Part shown: positions 10,881-23,057 of the stretch, piece by piece | Position numbering within the stretch: the stretch's first letter is position 1 | How the letters are laid out: the number at the start of each line of letters is the position of its first letter | NCBI GenBank assembly: GCA_951406725.2 | Contig: OX597827.1 | Span: 40,672,001 to 40,736,000, forward strand | Reading direction: 5' to 3' | DNA from: Octopus vulgaris | Lineage: Eukaryota | DNA length: 64,000 bases | The notes under the pieces: model-generated | What the model saw: the letters and a program-made list of their open reading frames with translations, nothing else | Told to the model about the DNA's origin: nothing | Database searches by the model: none | Position numbers and translations under genes: made by a program

Positions 10881-11546
10881 CTATCCGTTTTCTTTAGGGG
10901 ACCAAAAACGTAACAGAAATTTAGTCACATGTGGGCATGATCCGAAAAGCTCTGTCCTTGTATTTAGACATGTGGTAGGGTCTAAGCTGCTTTTCCAGAT
11001 AAGCCATCTCTCCATGTCGCATAAACCGCACCTTCCGCTGCCGTTAGTGTAGGGCTTACATCTGGCCAAAATCTTCCATTGTATGTTATAATCGACACCT
11101 TTATCTCTTAAAGACCAAATATGATTGGATAATTGTGTCGCTTTTCTTTTGTTCCAGTGCCTAAAGCTCAAAGTGTGGTTATTGAACCTGGCCTTGAAAT
11201 TACCCTCTGTCAGGCCCACGTATTTCTTCGTCGAAACGGTGTCTTTAGTGGTTATAGAGTTTACGGTAGCTTCATATATGATGGTCTTGGACATGCAAGC
11301 TCCATTTAGCGGGCACAATTCTTTATTCCTGCATGAACAGCTGTTTTCTTCTTGTGTTTTTTGTATGTTATGATTGATTATGTTTTTAAAATTGGTAGTT
11401 GAACTAAAACTAATTTTTAAATTGTGTCTATTGAAGAGTTTCCTATAAGCATGGTTAACTGGAAAATGTCTATCTATCAGTGCTAGGAAATATTTACCTA
11501 TATTGAAGGCCACCTCGGGTGAGTAAGGAGGCGTAAACCAGATGAC
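10881..11546 (-). CDS. Penelope-like ORF C-terminal fragment: RT thumb/linker plus GIY-YIG endonuclease (5'-truncated, frame open)
   Basis: VIWFTPPYS, NLKISFSST, Cys linker CSCRNKELCPLNGAC, IIYEAT...YVGLTEGNFKARFNNH, CGLCDMER, LNTRTELFGSCPH. No internal stop, but no true start either. Confidence 0.85.
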   Translation of the reverse strand, partial: VIWFTPPYSPEVAFNIGKYFLALIDRHFPVNHAYRKLFNRHNLKISFSSTTNFKNIINHNIQKTQEENSCSCRNKELCPLNGACMSKTIIYEATVNSITTKDTVSTKKYVGLTEGNFKARFNNHTLSFRHWNKRKATQLSNHIWSLRDKGVDYNIQWKILARCKPYTNGSGRCGLCDMERWLIWKSSLDPTTCLNTRTELFGSCPHVTKFLLRFWSPKENG

Positions 11547-11960
11547 CTAAAGGTGTCGATTATAACATACAATGGAAGATTTTGGCCAGATGTAAGCCCT
11601 ACACTAACGGCAGCGGAAGGTGCGGTTTATGCGACATGGAGAGATGGCTTATCTGGAAAAGCAGCTTAGACCCTACCACATGTCTAAATACAAGGACAGA
11701 GCTTTTCGGATCATGCCCACATGTGACTAAATTTCTGTTACGTTTTTGGTCCCCTAAAGAAAACGGATAGAACATGCTTTCTGTGTTATGTCCCAAGAAG
11801 ATTTTATATATTTTTTATATATTTTTATATATTTTTATGTATTTTATATAATTTTTATGACGAAAAATGCGAGCGATGTATAAGTACGCAGGCAAAGCAG
11901 AGTTATAACAGAGTAATTTCCCTTCATTTTTAACGGTATTTTTTCATAACGTTTTCAAAT

Positions 11961-12032
11961 AGCCAGATAACCGAAGAGATGGTGTTGTGGATTTCCACTT
12001 CGGCATCTGAAACTCAGAGTTTTATCTTGACT
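11961..12032 (+). ncRNA. Type I hammerhead ribozyme-like motif (variant core), right arm
   Basis: Stem I AGATAA/TTATCT, core CCGAAGA (canonical CUGANGA), stem II GATG...CATC with inner hairpin GTGG-ATTT-CCAC, GAAA, near-palindromic stem III ACTC-A-GAGT. Predicted GUU cleavage after 12021. Confidence 0.6.
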
Positions 12033-12035
12033 ACC

Positions 12036-12098
<63 letters not shown>

Positions 12099-12639
12099 TT
12101 ATTTGTATATAAGTTTATATGTATAAATACATATATGTATGTATATATATGTACACACGTGTGTGTGTGTATGTATGATTGTATGTATGTATGTATGTAT
12201 GTATGTATGTATGTATGTATGTATGTATGTATGTATGTATGTATGTATGTATGTCTGTATGTAACATTTAGTTTTTCAACGATACGCTGAGTATGCCATA
12301 TACATAAAGATTTTATTATAGAACTACTTCTAATGCATTATTCGAATTTTATTTTAGCCATTGCAGGCCAGTGTATTATTTATACACCTATTAATTGCTA
12401 GCAAGGACACAGTGTTTCTTTCCACAATCATAATATACTGCGAAGTATATTAAAATTGTACAAGGTTATATTGTTCCTTATTCCTGTCTTAGCAGTGCGA
12501 TGTTCTCATTTTCAAGTTTATCGCTACTAATTTTTTATTGAGTTCAGAGCCACCACGGAAAGATACTACTTTTCGTATACGAATACGTCTATGTAAATAA
12601 TGCGATCGAAGAGAGAGAAAAATAGATAATGTGTGTATC

Positions 12640-13113
<474 letters not shown>

Positions 13114-13416
13114 CCAGCACCACATCTAACCCATCAGCTACCCATAAACGCATTTCTTAAATACCGACTAAGTTTGGCGGTATAACACTATCGGATAGAC
13201 CAATTTTCATAATACGACCCTCCCCCAGTACGCAACTGGTACATACATATTTATATATTGAAAACATTACTGGCAACTGGTATGTAAATATAATACGTAA
13301 TATACTTGGTAGCATATAATGGATGTAAAACAAAATACTGGGTGTTTTCTAGCAATTAACATTTAAAATATCCTTAGAGATAAACTTTAAAATGTTTATA
13401 CACTGTCCACATATAC

Positions 13417-13829
13417 TATTTCTTCATTGCCTACAAGGGACTAAACATAGAGGGGACAAACAAGGACAGAGAAAGGGATTAAGTTGATTACATCGACCCC
13501 AGTGCGAAAATGGTACTTTATTTATCGACCCCGAAAGGATGAAAGGCAAAGCCGACCTCGGCGGAATTTGAACTTAGAACGTAACGACAGGCGAAATACC
13601 TATTTCTTTATTACCCACAAGGAGCTAAACACAGAGGGGACAAACAAGGACAGACATAGGTATTAAGTCGATTACATCGACCCAGTGCGTAACTGGTACT
13701 TAATTTATCGACTCCGAAAGGATGAAAGGCAAAGTCGACCTCGGCGGAATTTGAACTCACAACATAACGCAGACGAAATACCGCTAAGCATTTCGCCCGG
13801 CGCGCTAACGTTTCTGTCAGCTCGCCGCC
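13417..13829 (-). mobile_element. SINE family A tandem dimer
   Basis: Full unit followed by a head-truncated unit, period about 182 bp. Junction AAGAAATAGGTATTTCG on the minus strand. Confidence 0.85.
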
Positions 13830-14156
13830 ATACGTCAGGCTGACTGATTCAACCTCGTTCCTGAAGTGACACGAGTACGTGACAATGACAAGCGACAAAA
13901 AAAAAAGTCGAAATGTGGATTTGTCGCCCTTGTGGTCACTTTCACAGTGATATCGTTTCGCCTAGTTCTGAAGTATGTTGTGCGATTTTTTAACGCAATG
14001 CGTCTACAAATGGATTTTTCCAGGACGAAGAATGTGGCTTCTGGTTTTCAACGATACACATACGTTGAATATGTCATGCAGATAAAGATTTTAATCAAGA
14101 GCTGCTTCTCTTGCATAATTCGAAGACAAACATACACACACAGATGGGGAATTTTC

Positions 14157-14344
14157 GACGTAGAATTTCTTAACACTTAAACCTTTTAAAAATTTAATGA
14201 CGTAAAATTTTAACTTTAATCTTTTAATTTTTCTAATATAAATATTCCACTCCGAACTTTAAAAACGTCTTCAGCCTTTTACTTATAGTATAGCATTTTT
14301 CAACGGTTAATAATCTTTGAACGAAGCTAACAGGCGAGATATCT

Positions 14345-14384
<40 letters not shown>

Positions 14385-15493
14385 GAGAGAGAGAAAGAGA
14401 GCGGGAGAGAGAGCAGTGGTGGGGTATGTGCATAAAATGTCAATTTTCTTATTTTCTGTTTTGTTATTTTTTCTTTTATTTAACCAATATACATTTCTTA
14501 GGGGCAGGGATGCTTAGATTTCTGTACACACACAAACACACACACAAAAATATCGTGTTTTATCTCTGACTAACTCAATAATTTATATATTTTCAGACTC
14601 ATTCTCTCTCTTTCTCTTCTTTCCCTCCCCTTTCTCACCTCTGCGTCTAGTCTCCATTTTGAATCGTTTCTATCCCCACCCCCCAGCGCCACCGCCATCA
14701 CCACCACCACTACTTACCGCTTATCATATGAATTCTGCATCCTCTGCCTCTCCCCGTCCATCGTGACATTTCCGTGCATCTCACAGGTTAAGCACATACA
14801 TTAAGAAATTACTAGAAATATTATTAGTTGGATAAGAAGTCGGTTGAAGATGAAGAGATATCTCGCCTGTTAGATTCGTTCAAAGATTATTAACCGTTGA
14901 AAAATGCTATACTATAAGTAAAAGGCTGAAGACATTTTTTAAAGTTCGGAGCGGAATATTTATATTAGAAAAATTAAAAGATTAATGTTTAGAAGTTAAA
15001 ATTTTACGTCATTAAATTTTTAAAAGGTTTAGTGGGATCTTTTCGGTTTGAACGGCAGTTTTTAACATAATTTCTAGGTAACTAAAAAATTTTAAACTTC
15101 GTATACTGGTAGAATGTGTTTATAAAACATCTTTTTCTCTTGGCTTTATTGAGAAAATTCTATAGTTTGTAAGATATTTGTTGTTTTTTTTCTTCAATTT
15201 CTGCAATTTCAACCAATCAATGACGTCTATTGAGGTAAAAAAAAGACATTCTGTGCCGTATGAATATGTCCCTCGTTTAAGAAACAGATTGGGTTTATTT
15301 ACATTTGTGAAGAAAAAAAAGATACCCTTCCCCCCACCCCTAATCCTAACCCTAACCCTAATCCTAAAACAGATTGAAATGCAATAGATCGATACTAGGG
15401 TCATAATTATGGGTGACAATTTCATATGACACCGCTAGAAAAAACTGCCGTTCAAACCGAAAAGATCCGTTTAGTGTTAAGAAGTTCTACGTC
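14157..15493. repeat. Inverted repeat with about 190-bp arms (14157-14346 and 14854-15034 plus 15477-15493), right arm interrupted by a MITE
   Basis: Arms align as reverse complements (GACGTAGAA...AACAGGCGAGATATCTCT and AGAGATATCTCGCCTGTT...TTCTACGTC). Confidence 0.85.
15035..15468. mobile_element. MITE with 28-bp TIRs and 8-bp TSD (Merlin- or hAT-like)
   Basis: TIR GGATCTTTTCGGTTTGAACGGCAGTTTT. TSD GTTTAGTG at 15027-15034 and 15469-15476. Confidence 0.92.
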
Positions 15494-15721
15494 AAAGATT
15501 TAAAAATATAAACTGAAAGCATTTAAAGCTGGTATCTTTAAAGTTGAAAATTACGCTAAAAGTTTACAGCAGAGACAATTGTTATTAATCCAGACAAGTG
15601 GAGTATTGAAGGAATGAAGCTGAAAATGCACAGAGAATAGATTAGCACTAATTGGAATTTAATTACATTTTAAAGTATAGGAATACACTTGACTGTAGTT
15701 TCGCATTAGAATACGTACGAT

Positions 15722-15978
15722 AAACGTCGCCCCTTTTCAAGCCTAGCCAGGCTCATGGGCCCGGTTTCCCGGTTTCTGTGGCGTATGTATTCCCCACTTG
15801 GAGGGGACGCCAGTCCATCGCAGCGTTGCTCATTTTTGTCAGCTGAGTGGACTGGAGCAACGTGAAATGAAGTGTTTTGCTCAAGAATACAACGCGTCGC
15901 CCGGTCCAGGAATCGGAACCACAATCTTACGATCATGATGCCGACACCCTAACCACTAACTAAGCCACGCGCCTCCAC
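15722..15978 (-). mobile_element. SINE family D, tail type 1
   Basis: Head GTGGAGGCGCGTGGCTTAG..TGGTTAGGG...GGTTCCGATTCC, core CACGTTGCTCCAGTCCACTCAGCTG, tail GATGGACTGGCGTCCC...GAAACCGGG. Homologous to 55452-55700. Confidence 0.8.
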
Positions 15979-16319
15979 TCATATTAAAATGCCAAAAGTA
16001 TAAAGTATATGGAGTTGTGTTGCAAATTATGTCTATTCTGGCCGCTTTTATATATAAAAAAAAATGTTTTTAAAGTAGGAACGCGGCTCATTTTTTATTA
16101 TTCTGTAGAAGAATAATGTTATCAATAAGTGTTGGTCACTAACCACTAAGCCACGCGCTTCCACTCACATTAGAATGCCAAAAGTATAAAGTATATGGAG
16201 TTGTGTTGCAAATTATGTTTATTCTGGCCGCTTTTATAAAAAATGTTTTTAAAGTAAGAACGCAGCTCATTTTTTATTATTCTGTAGAAGAATAATGTTA
16301 TCAATTAGTGTTGGTCACT
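15951..16319. repeat. Tandem direct duplication, about 185 bp x2
   Basis: 15951-16140 and 16141-16319 both run AACCACTAA...GCCAAAAGTATAAAGTATATGGAG...GTGTTGGTCACT. Confidence 0.9.
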
Positions 16320-16627
16320 CCCATTGTACATGTTAAAAATATTTCTTTTTCGTTAACAAGGCGTTGGATATGTAAGATTACGAGGTGTGGAGTAATAAAT
16401 GATAAATGATAGCTGCTGCATGAATTTTGGTTTTCTTAAATACGAGCCCAAGTAGATATTCTACAATAATTAATTGATAGGGAAAGACGAATCGTATATT
16501 ACTGATGTTTTTTTAATGGCCTACTCAACAGTGGCTTGTATTTTTTATTAAATGAACTTTCCTTATTAATTCATACAATACACACATACATATATACATA
16601 AATACATACACGCATATATACATATAC

Positions 16628-16699
<72 letters not shown>

Positions 16700-16952
16700 G
16701 CATATGTGTTGTGTGTGTGTGTGTGTGTGCATGTATATACAAAGTGCCACGCAGTGGGACTGAACTTGAAAACATGTGGTTGCGAAGCAAACTTGTTACC
16801 ACACAGCCGCTCCTGCGTCTCATGCACACGTCCTTTAGAGGCGGAGAAATTTTTATAAATCAAGAATTTTTATGGTATAATATTTGACATACTAGTACAT
16901 GCCACTGGCCACTTCGAGTTGTTTTTCTTAGTTCATTTTTATTTAAATTATG

Positions 16953-17049
<97 letters not shown>

Positions 17050-17069
17050 ACACACACACATATATATGG

Positions 17070-17555
17070 TGGTTGTCTATTCCTTATGCAGAATCTGACC
17101 ACCTCATGTGCTTACACCTTACATCCATCATGGCGTCTGATCTGGAATTTTAAACCGGATAATGTATTGAAAAGACAGTCACATGGATTGTATATCTGAT
17201 TTGGACCACCAAACCTGTACTTAAGTTCTGATCTTTGTTGATCTTAAGATGTCTTTTGAAGCCTCCGTTACATTTGCTGACCTTATGGCAGACATTGCAT
17301 TGACAGGTGTGCACAGATAGATAGACAGAGCAGTTGGTGAAGGTTCGTTTTTCATGGATCCACAAACGAGATTTGAGCCCAGAAAAAGAAAGGTATGCTC
17401 TGTCACAAACTGTGCGCACAGAAACGTCGCTGAGATTCACCTTCTTGATCGCAACATTCTTCTTTCAATCTCTCGAGTTTTGCATGTGTCACCCTGGCAT
17501 CTTCAGAACTTTCAATCCACTCCACACTTTTGTTCCAATCTATGAAATTATTTTA
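17070..17555 (-). mobile_element. Probable RTE-clade LINE 3' remnant with C2H2-like zinc fingers
   Basis: Peptide VCDRAYLSFSGLKSRLWIH...CNVCHKVSKCNGGFKRHLKI (ORF 17150-17440). Degenerate. Confidence 0.45.
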
Positions 17556-17915
17556 TGAGGAGTATATGCATCATAAAAAGTCAGGAGGTTTGATATATTT
17601 ATTTAACCCCTTGACATCCGTAGGATTACGGCCGTTTCGCAGCCTTCGTCATGTAATAATAATTTCAGTGTATAAATTACTTTACATGTCTACACCAATA
17701 TGCATGCTACATACAGTACAGTACAATGTGTAGCATGCATACTCTAGGCACAATGCCTGAAATTTTGGAGGAAGAGGCCAGTCGATTAGATCGACCCCAG
17801 TATGCAACTGGTACTTAATTTATTGACTCTGAAAGGATGAAAAGTAAAGTGGATGAAAGTAAAGACAGACAGAGTATGTATAATTATAATCCGTGCATAT
17901 GTGCGTGTTGAGATA

Positions 17916-18060
17916 GAAGAAGAAGAAGAAGAAGAAGAAGAAGAAGAAGAAGAAGAAGAAGAAGAAGAAGAAGAAGAAGAAGAAGAAGAAGAAGAAGAAG
18001 ATGAAGAAGAAGCAGAAGAAGAAGAAGAAGAAGAAGAAGAAGAAGAAGAAGAAGAAGAAG
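17916..18060. repeat. (GAA)n microsatellite
   Basis: About 48 units, directly visible. Confidence 0.95.
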
Positions 18061-19724
18061 ACTATGACAGTGGAAGATGAAAGGAGAAGAGAGTAGAAAT
18101 ATTGTTGTTGTTATTATTAGTATTATTTTCTTTTTAAGTTCTAAGTGAATAAAATGTAGAAAAGTATTCAGGAGTTGGGAGCGAGTTGGAGGGGAGGTGG
18201 TTAAGAAAATAAAGCAAGAAATGAAAATATCGGTTATTCTATCTTTTAAATTGTTTTTCTTTCGCAGCCAACCTTCCTCTCATCATATAGCCCTAACATG
18301 AATTTCACCATTGTATCTCCCACTCTTCCTTTTCTTCCACGTCTGTCATCTTATTCTTACAACCCTCCAGCCAGCAGACAGCGTCCCTATGTTATTTGTC
18401 ACTCAAAACTCTTAAAATGTAGCAACCGAATACTTTGTTCCCCTCCAATGTTCGCCTGACGTCGTCGTCACCACCACCACCACCAATCCCGCCGCCGCTC
18501 TCGCCACCACCATCATTCTCATCGCCACAATTATCATCAAAGACACTCCATATTGTTTTTAAAATGAAGGAAGAAATGTCTGGCGATTTATTATTTTTTT
18601 CTCGTTTTATCTCATCCGCCATTAATGCAGCCAACATCATCGCTGATAATGACGTGGGAGCTTGTATGTACTCGTTCGACCTACAAGAAACTGTAGCTAA
18701 ATGTTCCTCAAATCACAGCCCTACCACCTATTGTTTTGAGAAAGGAAAAGACATATCAGATTATGCTGCCCCTATATACAACCCTTAAAATGAAGGGATG
18801 ATTACAACTGGAACGGTTGCGATCATGTGTCGGCTAGATCAGAACTGACTTGAAAATTAACTAAACAAAAAAATCAAGCAAAAAAAAAAAAAAAAAGACA
18901 GAGCAGCTACCCAGTTACTTTCTAATCGATCATTTGACCATCTATTTTAACTGTTCTCAGTTAAAAAGGAAAGTTGTGTCCATGACGTTCGCGGCCCATA
19001 AAAATGGTTAGATTTTGAAAAAAAATGACGGGAAGGTCAAAGCTGCAACAATTATGATCCTAGCTCTGTTCAATCAGGTCTGCATAGAGCTAAACATGAT
19101 CGACAATTTCAGCTACTCTCACGCTTCTCGAACCAAGACCTGCTAGAAATAGATGCCAAATCCCCCTGAAATCACATCCTGTCCTGATAAATAAGAGAAA
19201 GACAGATTAGTTAATATATTCGTAGATATTCAATACTCGAGAAAAATATATGATGGTCCTGGCTAGAAAGTCTTTGGCCATGGGGATACTCAGTCAGGAT
19301 TGAGGCTAAACAACGATATGCATTCTATTGAGTATTCTACAAAGCCGTCCATTTTGCTTAAAATAGCAACTAAATCTGCCTGAAATTATATTGCATTGTC
19401 TTTTACTCGGGAAGGAAAGCAGTGCCTATTATTACAGTGCTTTCGGGATTAGGTGGGGTGTGGGGGAGTGAATGTGAGAAAAAGTACCCAAGAATAGGAA
19501 ATCTGACTCGAATGTTTGCAACAAAATGAACTCCACTAAAGGCAGCAAAGGTGTCAAACCATTGTGTCCAACCGGGCGACGGGTTTAAGTCAACTACTCA
19601 AGTAAGCCATGGCGGGATTTGAACTCAGAACACACACGCAAAAAATTCTAAAAAAAGACGAAACAAATACCTCAAGGTATCCGTTTCAATGATTTTAGTT
19701 TCGCCAAGGCCTGGTCAGGAATTC

Positions 19725-20050
19725 CAAATCCATCTCCCTGAAAACGCAACTCTGCATCGTCAGTTCCAAGATCAAAGTCGTTCTTCTTTACGGGTTAGAA
19801 ACTTGGAGGGTTACCAAAGCCTTTAACAATAAGCTAGAGATCTTCGTCTACAAATATCTGCGTTACATTCTCAAGATCTGATGACCGGATAAAATTTCAA
19901 ACAGAAATTTGTGGAACAGAACGAGCCAACTATCAATCAAGAAATTTTGAAAAGGAAATGGGGCTGGATTGGTCACACTCTACGGAGACCACCAAGCAGC
20001 ATTGCAAGACAAGTGTTAGACTGGTAATCTGAAGGAAAGAGGAAACTTGA
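19725..20050 (+). mobile_element. RTE-clade LINE fragment (post-RT region)
   Basis: VVLLYGLETWRVT, YLRYILKI, KRKWGWIGHTLRR, IARQVLDW, with in-frame stops. Confidence 0.75.
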
Positions 20051-20320
20051 ACAACTTAAGAAGACAGGAAAAGGATGATGCAAAAGTAATCCATTTCTCT
20101 TGCTCGTTGGTGACGATGCGGAAGTACACAGAAACGCATGCGTCGCACAATCCAATGTTGTCATTCACAGCCCAGTGTCTTCAATCAGGCCGTCTAGGAG
20201 AATATCTTCTCAAGACTATTTTCCCCACCATAAGATCTCACATCCGAGTATTTTAGAGCGCGTGTGTGTCTGTCAGTCTGTATATGTGTACGTATGAATG
20301 TATGCATGTTTATGTATGTG

Positions 20321-20358
<38 letters not shown>

Positions 20359-20714
20359 AGGCATCTTGGGCAAGTGTCTTCTACTATAGCCTCGCGCCAA
20401 CCAAAGCCTTGTCAGTGGATTTGGTAGACGGAAACTGAAAGAAGCCCATCGTATATATATATGTATGTGTGATGTGTGCATGTTTGTATTCTGTGTTTGA
20501 CACACACACCCCGCCCAACATCGCTTGACAACCGATGGTGGTGTGTTTACGTCCCCGTAACTTAGCGGTTCGGCAAAAGAGACTGATAGAATAAGTACTA
20601 AGCTTCTAAAGAATAAGTCCTGGGGTCGATTTGCTTCACTAAAGGCGCTGCTCCAGCATGGCCGCACTCAAACGACTGAAACAAGTAAAAGAGTAAAAGA
20701 GTAAGAGGTAAGAG
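20359..20714 (+). mobile_element. SINE family B, 5'-truncated
   Basis: Homologous to the 8617 copy from GGCATCTTGGGCAAGTG to the AGTAAAAG tail. Confidence 0.85.
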
Positions 20715-20825
20715 TATGTGTGTGTGTGTGTGTGTGTCTTAACTTTTCATGCCACGGAAAAAATTGAAGTATGAATTAGAAACAACTCGAGGTATATGAA
20801 CAAAATCGAACTCACATACACAAAG

Positions 20826-21182
20826 GTATGTGTGTTGTTAGCTCGTGGGTTGGCTGCAGCTTTTAGGCGTATTCTCTATGCGCCTGGTGTAAAAAACACC
20901 TGAAAGTAAGTCACAGTCAAACAAGAGAACTCACATCAGGTCTTTCCACGGAGCGACAGACATCGATATCATTTAGCATATAGTCATAGTCGGCGATATG
21001 GCTTGAAGCGAACCTTGTTCGGTATGCAGCATTGATAGGTCAAAACAATGACGAAATACCGATGTCTGTCGCTCCGAAGAAGGACCTCATGTGAGTTCTC
21101 TCACTTAACACCATGCACATAGAGAATATATTCTTTTACGCCTAAAAACTGCAGCCGACCCACGAACTAACAACACATATAC
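20826..21182. mobile_element. Fold-back / MITE-like element with long imperfect inverted arms
   Basis: GTATGTGTGTTGTTAGCTCGTGGGTTGGCTGCAGCTTTTAGGCGTA pairs with 21137-21182. Inner blocks GAGAACTCACAT...CGGAGCGACAGACATCG pair with CGATGTCTGTCGCTCCG...ATGTGAGTTCTC. Confidence 0.75.
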
Positions 21183-21643
21183 TATAATATATATATTACG
21201 TCTAGAAAGGCAAAAGTTGCACAAATTGGAACTGCTAGCATCAATTTTCCCTTGCCATGGATTACTGTCAAATCATTCGCTTTACCTAATGAATACCCGT
21301 TTTAATTAGATTTAATTGCATTTCTCCTCCCTTTCTATACATAATGAACCACAATAACTATCGTTAATGTGGAATATACAAGTATTTAACCTATCTCTCT
21401 CCGATGACGGTATACTCCGCCTATGGAATCCTCGTTCGACATGATGTTCCAATAGCTGAGATATTCTAGAAACAGCTGTTGGAGACTATCTAAACCTTTT
21501 ATTGTATAACAAAATTTAATGTCCATGCTAAATTAAATGTCTCGCCAAATTGTTTGCCTTTTTTCTTTTCTGCTTTCAATTACACACACGTACCTTTTTA
21601 CTTGTCTCATCTCGAGAGTCGTGGCCATGCTGAAGCACTACAA

Positions 21644-21839
<196 letters not shown>

Positions 21840-22214
21840 TATGTGTGTGTATGTGAGTGGATATGCATACAGACACACACTTAAATATGCATGCATGTAT
21901 TTAAGTATGAATACACACACAAACACATACACACACACAATCTTTCTTCCTATCTGGCTCCCAGTTACACATTCTCTCTTCCCTTTCTCTCTCTCTCACA
22001 CTCTCTCATATTACTAAATTAGGGGTCAGCCCATATATATATATATATACAACCCTTCCGTTCTATTGAAAACGCTAGTCTATTACAAGACTATATTTGT
22101 TGCTTCCCAGTCGGGTGTCATAGATAACCACGGGGTTGTCATCGAGGTAACCTCGCCGTTGTGTAAGGGAAATAGTGGGTGGCGGCATGGTAGGTTAGTT
22201 GTTTGTCAACGTGC

Positions 22215-22538
22215 TACTGATGATGGTGGGGATGGTGGAATAGTGATGATGATGGTGGTGATGGTGGTGGTGGTGGTGGTGGTGGTGGTGGTGGTTGTGG
22301 TGGTAGTGGTGTTAATAGTTTTGGTTGCGGTCGCGGTCGTGGTACAGACGGTGGTGGTCGTCGTGTTTGAACTGTTTTTTGACTGCAGCGGTGGCTGTGG
22401 TGGTGGTGGTGGTGGTGGTGGTGGTGGTGGTGATGGTGGTGGTGGTGGCGATAGTGGTGGTGGTGGAGGTGATGATAATGATAATGATAATAGTGATTGT
22501 GATGGTGATGGTGATGATGTTGCTGTTGTTGGTGGTAG

Positions 22539-22569
<31 letters not shown>

Positions 22570-22730
22570 GATGGTGGTGTCAGTGATATGTTATTGGGTG
22601 GTAGTAATGAGATAGTGACGGTGATGTTGATAGCAATAATGATGGAGGTATGTGGCTGGTGGTGGTTTACTGATTGCAAGGATGCTGTGTTGGTGGCAGT
22701 AGTGGTGATGATCGTAGTGTTGGGGTTATA
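22215..22730. repeat. (GGT/GAT/GTT)n low-complexity tract
   Basis: Degenerate trinucleotide repeats. Similar tracts at 32610-33075, 46980-47270 and 47430-47900. Confidence 0.9.
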
Positions 22731-23021
22731 GCAGTAAGTGGTATATTTTTGGAACTCGTAAATAATTGTGCCATATTTGACAAATCGGGAAAGAAGAGTA
22801 AAAAGAAGAAAAGGTGAAAGAGAGAGAGAAATAGAGAGAGAGAGAGAGAGAGTGTGAAAGATAAAGATATGAGTATGCGAAATTGAAAGAGGGGGAGAGG
22901 AGATGAAGAGAGTGAGAGAGAGAGAGTGTAAAGTTGAGAGAGAAAGAGAAAGAGAAGGAAAGAAGAGCGGAAGAGTGAGGAAATGAGGAAATGCTCAAAA
23001 CAATTAGTATATATATATATG

Positions 23022-23057
<36 letters not shown>

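Larger units (their letters stand above)
10526..12038. mobile_element. Penelope-like retroelement (Naiad-type GIY-YIG), 5'-truncated, with inverted pLTR-like copy, inserted in (TA)n
   Basis: Minus-strand unit 11547 to 10526 plus inverted copy 11548-12038, which equals the reverse complement of 10613-11103. (TA)n immediately flanks both ends. Confidence 0.9.

Noticed and set aside
10855-11052. Identical 65-aa ORFs at 10855 (+) and 11599 (-) as duplicated genes
   Set aside because: They are antisense shadows of the GIY-YIG frame inside the inverted repeat.
10881-11546. Selenoprotein-encoding Naiad (reported for some members)
   Set aside because: The visible fragment has no in-frame TGA, all cysteines are ordinary and the stop is TAG. 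The missing 5' part cannot be judged.
15339-15367. Telomere or chromosome-fusion relic
   Set aside because: Only about 5 degenerate units, and they are internal to a MITE.
17150-17440. Host C2H2 zinc-finger gene
   Set aside because: Ligand residues are missing, there is no TGEKP linker, and the context fits a decayed RTE C-terminus.
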